Origin: an uncultured Pelagibacteraceae bacterium
Lineage (GTDB): Bacteria > Pseudomonadota > Alphaproteobacteria > Pelagibacterales > Pelagibacteraceae
NCBI GenBank assembly: GCA_902623495.1
Contig: CACNTW010000003.1
Coordinates: 36,240 to 100,239 of the forward strand
Reading direction: 5' to 3'
Length of the DNA: 64,000 nt
Each line of letters opens with the position of its first letter. Position 1 is the stretch's first letter. Both the position numbers and the translations under genes were made by a program. Under the pieces are notes generated by a model that made no database searches, was not told the origin of the DNA, and saw only the letters and a program-made list of their open reading frames with translations. Positions 48,401 through 56,262 of this stretch are shown piece after piece.

Positions 48401-49620
48401 ATGCTGCAGATCCAGATGTTCCTGATGAAACTTCAAGTTTAGGTGTATTTATTAAAGCTGGTGCTAAAGCAACAGGAGTTCAAACTCATCCTGAATATGA
48501 TTATAGTCAATTAGGTGAGACTTGGTCTGATCCAAGAATATTTAGAATACCAAATACTGGTGCTGGTGATACGAATATACTCGATGATATTTATGTTGCG
48601 GTAATGGGAGGAGGATTTGGAACTCAATTTGAAGGTGTCGGTTCAAACTTAACATTAATAAATTTGGAGGATTTTTCAAATCCAGGAAGTTTATATAAGA
48701 GAATACCAATTGAAGACACGGCTGCTAGTGACATAGTTAATTCAGTTCCATCTTCAGTAGTATTAGTAACACCTGATACATCAGTTGGATTAAATTATTC
48801 AGGTGGCTTAGTTTATGTCAGCGACTTAGAGGGTAAAATTACAAAAGTAAATTTAACAAACATGAGCGATGACAATAGTGGAAATACTATTAAAATTTTT
48901 GATACAACTACTTTATTTAATGCAGGTTCATCAAAAGCAAACGGAAGATATATGTATCACGCAATGGATGCTACTATTGGTCAAACGACAAATTCTATGT
49001 GGTTATTCGCAGGTACTGGTGATTATGAGAGAATAAATGATACTACCTCTGGTGTTCAAAACCTGATGATTGGAATTAAAGACGTTGATTATCCTTACTA
49101 TAAAGAAATTGCAACTCCAGCTAAAGCTGACACCATAACTGAATGTAAAAATACAACTGATGACACAACAGGTGCTAAGTGTCCTGAGAATGCTGACAAA
49201 GGTTGGTATATAAATTTAAAAGATTTTGCAAAAGTTACTGCTGAACCAACTGTGTTCCAAGGCCAAGTTTACTTCCCAGTATATGAACCTACTAAATCAG
49301 TAAATAAGTGTAGTTTAGGTGATGCATACATTTGTGGGGTTGATGACGAGTGTGGAACAAACAATTCATCACAACTAAATCAAGAAATGGGCAAAAGTAA
49401 TAAATGTGCATGGGTTGGACAAGGTGTGCTGTCAAAAATTGTAACTTTTGGAGATACATTATTTGCAAATATTGCGGGTAAAGTTGACTGTACCAAAATT
49501 AAAGATGCTAAGAAAAGAAAAGAATGTGAAGATGGCTCGAAAAAAGATTTGATTAATATAAAAGCTGGTTCAGGACAAGTCTCTGGATATAGAAGTTCTT
49601 GGAGACAAAATAACTATTAA
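45445..49620 (+). CDS. pilY1: PilY1 pilus tip adhesin with vWA domain and C-terminal beta-propeller
   Basis: MIDAS [17 protein letters not shown]; PilY1 core [53 protein letters not shown]; follows pilVWX. Confidence 0.9.
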   Translation: [1391 protein letters not shown]

Positions 49621-49633
49621 TAAATATACATTT

Positions 49634-51652
49634 ATGAAAAAGATTTTAATAATTATATTCTTTTTCTTTTCATTCGGCTCTTTAGGTCATGCTACTTGTC
49701 TTAAAACAATAACTGCTGCGCTAACTGAAGTGCAAACTTGTGGGGAAAGTGAAACCTTAACTGTTGAGTCAACTGGTTCAATAGTATTTAGTGGATCTAA
49801 AGCAGTAAGAGCAAATAATGGTGTTGGTGCATCAAATACAACCTTAATCAACCATGGTTTGATAAGTGCAACGGGTGATACCATAAATATGAAAAGCGCC
49901 CCTGGAACAAATAAAATTACTAATTCAGGTACAATAAATACAGCTCAAAATGAAAATGCTAGCAGTAGCATTGCTGTTTTAGTTCAGAAAACAGATGACA
50001 CTGAGATTGTTAATAGTGGAACTATTCATGGTGGAAAATATGCTATACAAGGTCAAGAAACTAGCGATATAACCATTACAAACAGTGGTACTATTTCTGC
50101 AAATAATGGAAGTGCTGCTGCCATTTACCTTACCAATGGTACAAATGCAACAATAACAAACACTGGAACAATTACAAATTTAAGACATGGAATTAGACTT
50201 GGTAAAGGTCATGGCTCATTAAATAATGCTACAATTATTAATTCTGGTTTAATTGCTGGCACAACTCATAACGATAGAAATTCAATATATGTTAGCGATG
50301 ATAACAATGTAACTTCGGGATTTAATTTAATAACAAAAGGAGAAGGACATTATGATGGTAAAATTCTACTTAGCGATCAAAACGGAACAACCGGTGTAAC
50401 ATTTTTCGACTTTACTTTAGATTGTAGTATTTCAAGAGATCAGACCATAGAAATTCATGAAAAACAAAATGTGAGGATAATTAATAATTTATGCGGGAAT
50501 GATACTTATGAAATTCTAGACTCAAATTTAAATCCAGATGCAGATAATTCTGAAACAAATGGATATTTAAGAATTTATGGTGAAGATTTAGATATTGATA
50601 GCCATAATAAAAAATATAGATCGGAAATATTTTTATCTAATTTAAATGATATTTTTAATTCAGTTTCAGAAGAAAAAAAATCTAGTGGATATTATTCTGT
50701 TAAAAAAAGAGACAATATTTATAAAAATGAAACACGTGGTGTAACTGGAGACTTTAAAATCGAAAATGATAACTTTACACCCTTCCTAAGTTATTCAAGC
50801 CAACAAGCAAATTTTAATAATGGAGAGTCTTTAGATAGTGAAAATTTGGCTATTGGTTTAAAAAAAGAAATTGATTATGAGAAATTTAAATTTTCTGTGG
50901 TTTCAATTTTTGGATTAACTCAAAATAAATATTTAGATCTTGAAACTGAAACAAAGCAAACAATTTTAAAAGAAAACCTCGGTCAATTTGCTGCTGTAAA
51001 TTATAAAGCGTCTAAAAAAATAGAAATTGATGACAGTCAAAGTTTAAATATTGAAGTCGACGGAAAATATGGTCTTAGAAGACTTCCAACTTATTTAACA
51101 TCTTTTACAGATGGAGATCTTTCAGTTGATGATGCTGTGGATCAAGTATTATCAGGTGGATTTAATGTTGAGTATTCAAAGTTCTTTGAAAATGGTTTTG
51201 TGCTTAAACCATATACAGGTTTATCTTTAAATCAAACTTTGAGTAAAAAAATTGACATTGTTGCAGATGGTGAAAGAAAAGACATGGCTCATTATATGGA
51301 TGATGATTTGGCAGTAAAAGCTGGTTTAAATATCAGCAAAAATACTGATAATTTTGGCCTAAACTTTAATCTTGAATTTAATGAACAAAATGGACTTAAA
51401 GACAGCCAAGTAAATATTTCTTTAACTAAAGTAATTCAAAATAATATTAGTAAAAAAATAGAAGGTTTACCTATTGATCCAGAGCTAGAAAAATTGTTTG
51501 ATCAATTACAATTAGCTAGAGAAAATGAGAGATTGGCTGAGATAACCGGTAGAGCAGTTGAGGAGAATAGAATAATGAAAGAAATGATTATTCAACTTAT
51601 CAAAGAAAACAATAAGCTCAAAACAGAGAGAAATCTTTTACTAAAAAATTGA
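49634..51652 (+). CDS. Exported autotransporter-like protein: beta-helical repeats, barrel-like region, C-terminal coiled coil
   Basis: Signal peptide; repeated I(T/V/I)N(S/T/H)G(T/L)I units; amphipathic strands in the C-terminal half; final ~70 aa heptad-rich. Confidence 0.6.
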   Translation: MKKILIIIFFFFSFGSLGHATCLKTITAALTEVQTCGESETLTVESTGSIVFSGSKAVRANNGVGASNTTLINHGLISATGDTINMKSAPGTNKITNSGTINTAQNENASSSIAVLVQKTDDTEIVNSGTIHGGKYAIQGQETSDITITNSGTISANNGSAAAIYLTNGTNATITNTGTITNLRHGIRLGKGHGSLNNATIINSGLIAGTTHNDRNSIYVSDDNNVTSGFNLITKGEGHYDGKILLSDQNGTTGVTFFDFTLDCSISRDQTIEIHEKQNVRIINNLCGNDTYEILDSNLNPDADNSETNGYLRIYGEDLDIDSHNKKYRSEIFLSNLNDIFNSVSEEKKSSGYYSVKKRDNIYKNETRGVTGDFKIENDNFTPFLSYSSQQANFNNGESLDSENLAIGLKKEIDYEKFKFSVVSIFGLTQNKYLDLETETKQTILKENLGQFAAVNYKASKKIEIDDSQSLNIEVDGKYGLRRLPTYLTSFTDGDLSVDDAVDQVLSGGFNVEYSKFFENGFVLKPYTGLSLNQTLSKKIDIVADGERKDMAHYMDDDLAVKAGLNISKNTDNFGLNFNLEFNEQNGLKDSQVNISLTKVIQNNISKKIEGLPIDPELEKLFDQLQLARENERLAEITGRAVEENRIMKEMIIQLIKENNKLKTERNLLLKN

Positions 51653-53542
51653 TTTTAAAGATTTAATTATATTAAAATTTGTATTTGAATATTTGTTGAT
51701 CTCAAATGCTTTAAAAAATTTGTGATATTTATTTTTTTGTATCACTGGTAGCTTTAAATAGATCTGTTGAATAGTATCAGATTTTAATATTTTAAATTTT
51801 TTTCTTTTTCCTAATAAAATTAAATACAAATAAAATTTCATAATATTTTTGCTGTTTAAATTGAAAAAAAATTTAATTAATAAAAATAAAAACAAAGGTA
51901 TAAATATCCAAATGTATATTTTAGAAAAGTTAAGATTTAACAATTCTTTGATAAAATTTTTCCGTTCATTATCATCATATGATAATAAATGCTTCGTCCA
52001 TACAAAATCAGCATAATTAAAGTAATAACTCATTTTTTTAAAAAAATTAGATGAAAACAAACTATTTGATGAGAATTGTTCATTTGAAAAAACGTTATTA
52101 AGTGTATTTCTGACATTACTGTCAGGAATTGCTTTGGTCGGATCTATTCTTACCCAACCTTTATCATTTAGCCATACTTCTGCCCATGCATGTGTATCTT
52201 TTTGTTTGAATTTGTAGAAATCTCCTATATCATTTAATTCACCTCCATAATAGCCTGTTACAATTCTACTTGGTATATTTGCAAGTCTTGCAAGAAGAAC
52301 AAAAGTTCCAGCATAATATTCGCAATACCCCTCTTTAAGATCAAAGAAAAAGTTTTCATAATTATTTCCAGAAAAATTTTGAGGACTTAAATTATAATAG
52401 TAAGATCCATCAGAAAATTTTTTAAATAACTTATTTAAAAACTCTGTCGGTGTCGACGTATTGTTTTTTAAAACCCATTTTTGAAGTCTATTTGATATAT
52501 TAGATGGAGTTTTTGTATAATAGTCTTTTAAATCCTCTCCTAAAAAGAAATTAGTTTTATATCTTTTAAAACTTATTTGTTTTTTTCGATCAATTAAATC
52601 TCTGCTAACGTAAATTTGATTAAAATAATCTTCTGATATCTCAATATTATTAGAGATTAATTTTGAATTTTTTAAACTTGGTATCCATTTCTTTTTAAAA
52701 GGTTCTAAAATTATCTGATAGGTTTGATTTAGTTCCCTACCGTCCTTAACTTTAAAAGATGACTTATATTTATCAAATAAATAATAACTTGAAGACGGTC
52801 TCCAGGATTTGTCTTCTTCCATGTAATCAAAAATTTTAACCCTAAAATAGAGCTCATCCTTTTTAAAATTGTTATTTATAAGGGTAAAAACATCTTCTTC
52901 TGAATTTGAAAACTCACTGAAAGATCCAAGATTAATGCTATCTGGAATACCTAAAGAGCTTGATACTGGATTAAATAATCTAAAATTTATTTCTGCACGT
53001 GGGAAAACTAAATAAAAAATAATTATAAAAGGAAAAATACTTAATCCAAAACCTAAATATTTAAATACATTTTTAATATTAAAATCTAGCAACTCCTTTT
53101 GCTGAATTAGATACATATTTATTATGACCAGTATTACGATAGTAAAACTTAATAAAGTGCTTAATATATCTTGGCCTTTAATAAGGCTTGCAACCGATAT
53201 TATTAAACAAATCAAGCTGAATGAAAGTTTGTTATCTTTATTTTTTAATTCTGAAAACTTCATGATCAATAGTATTGCTAAACAGTTTAGGAAAAATTCC
53301 TCTGAAAACACATATTCATTAAAAATAAGCTGAATATAAATCGCGCCTATTGCAATAATACCTAAGATTAAACTTTTTAATTTTATATTAATTTGAAAAA
53401 ATAGAAGATTGAAAATAAATACAACAAACCAAAAAAATTTATTATTTAATGTTAAATCCGCTGATAGTGAAAAAGTGCACAAAATTAAAAGCAGAAAAGT
53501 AAATACTGATAAATTGTAATTCTTAATTTTTAACATCGGCAA
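51641..53542 (-). CDS. Membrane transglutaminase-like protein (DUF3488 + transglutaminase core, TgpA-like)
   Basis: N-terminal TM bundle; LYFRVKIFD; catalytic GYCEYYA (Cys), HAWAEV (His), RIDPT (Asp). Confidence 0.88.
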   Translation of the reverse strand: MPMLKIKNYNLSVFTFLLLILCTFSLSADLTLNNKFFWFVVFIFNLLFFQINIKLKSLILGIIAIGAIYIQLIFNEYVFSEEFFLNCLAILLIMKFSELKNKDNKLSFSLICLIISVASLIKGQDILSTLLSFTIVILVIINMYLIQQKELLDFNIKNVFKYLGFGLSIFPFIIIFYLVFPRAEINFRLFNPVSSSLGIPDSINLGSFSEFSNSEEDVFTLINNNFKKDELYFRVKIFDYMEEDKSWRPSSSYYLFDKYKSSFKVKDGRELNQTYQIILEPFKKKWIPSLKNSKLISNNIEISEDYFNQIYVSRDLIDRKKQISFKRYKTNFFLGEDLKDYYTKTPSNISNRLQKWVLKNNTSTPTEFLNKLFKKFSDGSYYYNLSPQNFSGNNYENFFFDLKEGYCEYYAGTFVLLARLANIPSRIVTGYYGGELNDIGDFYKFKQKDTHAWAEVWLNDKGWVRIDPTKAIPDSNVRNTLNNVFSNEQFSSNSLFSSNFFKKMSYYFNYADFVWTKHLLSYDDNERKNFIKELLNLNFSKIYIWIFIPLFLFLLIKFFFNLNSKNIMKFYLYLILLGKRKKFKILKSDTIQQIYLKLPVIQKNKYHKFFKAFEINKYSNTNFNIIKSLKSIF

Positions 53543-54437
53543 AATATTTTAATATTCGATTTAAAGATTGATTATTGTTGTTTAGGTATAACTCGTGTTT
53601 TTTATGTTTTATTTTCAAGTTCAATTTTTTTTCATAACAATAATTAACTATATAAGATGAGTAATTTAGTAATTTTTCAAATTCAATATGTGGATATTTA
53701 TCTAAATCTAAAATTAGATTAGACAATTTTTCAGTATCACTAAAAGTTTTTACATATTTTTTGTCACTAATTATTGATTTTTTCCATGCAATTTTGGAAA
53801 AACTATCTCCATTTTTAAATTCATCAATACCATCAAATTCATCAGCATTAATGATATTAATTATTTTAAATTCTTTTAATAATTCGTCGCTCGGAAGAAC
53901 TTTTTTTGGATAAATAATTATTTCACTCTTTGGATTAAAAATAACTTTAGTTCTCATCAATCCAAAGGGATAAATCGATTTAAGTGTTATTGGATTAAAA
54001 TAAGATTTACCTCTATAATTACTTTTATAATCTATTTTAAAAAAATTAATTCTGTCAGTAAAATTATAATTACCAACGTTTTTTTTATTGTATTCTATAT
54101 CAATATTAATTTTTTTTTCTTTTGATGAATTTAAGATTTGAAAACTGATTGAATTTATAGTTTCTGCTTCAACTAAATACTCGTCTTTACATATAAAATC
54201 TAGTTTGCTTATATTTTGATGAGAAATAAATATTGATATAAAAAAAACAAAGAAAATTACTATTGAAATTAATAGCCCTGAATTATTTTCATAAAACACT
54301 GAAATTAAAAAGCAGAAAAAGATAAATAAACCTAAGCCTAAACCATTAAAGTTAGGATAAATATAAATCTTAGCTTCTTTTTTTAAATTAAGGAAACTTT
54401 TAAAATTAAAACTAATAGTTTTTGATTGGACTTCCAT
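53523..54437 (-). CDS. DUF58 domain protein
   Basis: IYIYPNFNG, N-terminal TMs, SIYPFGL, IIIYPK, EFDGIDEFKNGD...IAWKKS. Confidence 0.8.
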   Translation of the reverse strand: MEVQSKTISFNFKSFLNLKKEAKIYIYPNFNGLGLGLFIFFCFLISVFYENNSGLLISIVIFFVFFISIFISHQNISKLDFICKDEYLVEAETINSISFQILNSSKEKKINIDIEYNKKNVGNYNFTDRINFFKIDYKSNYRGKSYFNPITLKSIYPFGLMRTKVIFNPKSEIIIYPKKVLPSDELLKEFKIINIINADEFDGIDEFKNGDSFSKIAWKKSIISDKKYVKTFSDTEKLSNLILDLDKYPHIEFEKLLNYSSYIVNYCYEKKLNLKIKHKKHELYLNNNNQSLNRILKYFADVKN

Positions 54438-55315
54438 TAGCCAATGTTTATTTTTTCGAGGATTTCTTTATTAACATAACCAACTTTATCATCTTGGTTT
54501 AAAAACTTTATTCTATGCCTTAAAATATAAGGTATTGTGTCTTTTATATCTTGGTGAGAAACATATTCTTTTCCATGAACAATTGCCCAACCTTTGGCTA
54601 AGTCAATTATTTGCTTCATGCATCTTGAAGAAATATAGATATTTTGTTCTAAAGCTTTAATCGTTTGCTCTATTTCAACAACATATTCAAAAATTTCATC
54701 TTTTACAATTATTTCTTTTTTTTTATCATTAATTTGAGACCAATTAATTGTTTCACTTGCAGAATTTGAAAAAGAGATATTTTTTTTTAACATTAAAATT
54801 TTTTCTTTTTGATCTAAGTCCGACAGTGAATAAGAAATCATAAAACGATCCAATTGTGAATCTGGTAGAGAACTAGTTCCAGAAGTATCCATAGGATTTT
54901 GAGTTGCAATGACAAAAAATGGTTCTGGTAAATTATAGCTATCTCCATCTATTGTAACATTTTTTTCTTCCATTGCTTCTAGGAATGCGCTTTGAGCTTT
55001 TGGACTTCCCCTATTTAGTTCATCTGCCAAAACAATATTTGTAAAAATAGGACCTTTCTGAAATTTTAACTTATCATCTGATAAAATGTTAAATCCTAGA
55101 ACATCACTTGGTAATAAATCAGATGTAAATTGGATTCTTTTAAAGTTAAGTCCTAAGCTTGATGTTATTGCTTTAGCAAATGTAGTCTTTCCTGAACCAG
55201 GATAGTCTTCAATTAAAATACTTCCTTCAGAAATGATTGCAGCTAGAGTTAATTTGATTTTATCTACATTGCCAACTATAGTTTTAGAAGTATTTGATAT
55301 TATATTTTCAAACAT
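54437..55315 (-). CDS. moxR: MoxR family AAA+ ATPase
   Basis: LIEDYPGSGKTT, RIQFTSDLLPSD, LADELNR, FVIATQNP, LPDSQLDRF. Confidence 0.92.
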   Translation of the reverse strand: MFENIISNTSKTIVGNVDKIKLTLAAIISEGSILIEDYPGSGKTTFAKAITSSLGLNFKRIQFTSDLLPSDVLGFNILSDDKLKFQKGPIFTNIVLADELNRGSPKAQSAFLEAMEEKNVTIDGDSYNLPEPFFVIATQNPMDTSGTSSLPDSQLDRFMISYSLSDLDQKEKILMLKKNISFSNSASETINWSQINDKKKEIIVKDEIFEYVVEIEQTIKALEQNIYISSRCMKQIIDLAKGWAIVHGKEYVSHQDIKDTIPYILRHRIKFLNQDDKVGYVNKEILEKINIG

Positions 55316-55329
55316 TTAAATTTTTTTGA

Positions 55330-56094
55330 TTAATAAAAAATTATAGATTGAATATTACTTTCAAAAATTAAATATATCAATGTACCAATAATGATGTAGG
55401 GGCCAAATGGGATCTGAGATGAAAGTTTTTTTGATTTTTTCATTAGACTAGGGATCACAAATAATAAAGCTATTATAGACGATAAAAATATCACAAAAGG
55501 TATTGAGATCCATCCAAACCAGAATCCGATTGCTGATAAAAGTTTAGCATCACCTAAACCCATTCCCTCTTTGTTTCTTAATTGTTTGTAAAAAAAAATT
55601 ATAGACCAAATAATTAAATAACCAAAAATTCCTCCAATTAAAGAATTTATATAGTTTGGGAAAATTGGATTTAAATTTGGGTCAAAAGATTTTATAAAAC
55701 CAATTACCATTAAAGAAAAAGTTAATACATTTGGAATGATGTAATGTTTTAGGTCAATAAAGAAAATTATAATAAAAGATAGACCTAAAATTAAAAAAAG
55801 TAAGGTAGTTAAGCTTATACCAAATAAGTAATAAACAGATAAAAAATAAATAATAGTAATAAACTCGATTAATAAATACTGAGGTGAAATTTTTTTTCTA
55901 CATCTTCTGCATTTGCCGTTTAAAAATAGAAATGAAATTATCGGAATATTATCTTTCCAAGTAATTAATTTTTTACACTTTGGACAAAATGATCTTCCTG
56001 ATACAACCCCTTTACCCATAGGGAGTCTATAAATACAAACATTTGCAAAACTACCCCAAAGTCCCCCGAGAATAATTACAAATATTAAATCCAC
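55330..56094 (-). CDS. pilD: Prepilin peptidase / N-methyltransferase
   Basis: GSFANVCIYRLP, CPKC...CRRC Zn motif, IDLKHY and GMGLGDAKL catalytic Asp motifs. GTG start. Confidence 0.95.
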   Translation of the reverse strand: MDLIFVIILGGLWGSFANVCIYRLPMGKGVVSGRSFCPKCKKLITWKDNIPIISFLFLNGKCRRCRKKISPQYLLIEFITIIYFLSVYYLFGISLTTLLFLILGLSFIIIFFIDLKHYIIPNVLTFSLMVIGFIKSFDPNLNPIFPNYINSLIGGIFGYLIIWSIIFFYKQLRNKEGMGLGDAKLLSAIGFWFGWISIPFVIFLSSIIALLFVIPSLMKKSKKLSSQIPFGPYIIIGTLIYLIFESNIQSIIFY

Positions 56095-56262
56095 AGAAAC
56101 TGATTATAATTTAATGTTTGATGTAATATGAATTAACCCATCAATTACATACTGAACCATTAATACGGCATCCTGAAGGTGGATGTATAAATTAGGTGTA
56201 TTAATTATAATCTCCATTGTTGAAAAATTTACCAAAAATTGCTTAAAATACTAGTTAAATAA

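Noticed and set aside
49850-50260. Periodic sequence in the 49634 gene as a possible CRISPR or DNA tandem repeat
   Set aside because: The repetition is at protein level (INxGTI beta-helix units) with divergent codons; there is no repeat-spacer structure.
56102-56212. Possible glycine, TPP, SAM, SRP or tRNA identity for the pilD leader
   Set aside because: Conserved cores of those families are absent (only a chance CUUCAGG); kept as an unknown element.
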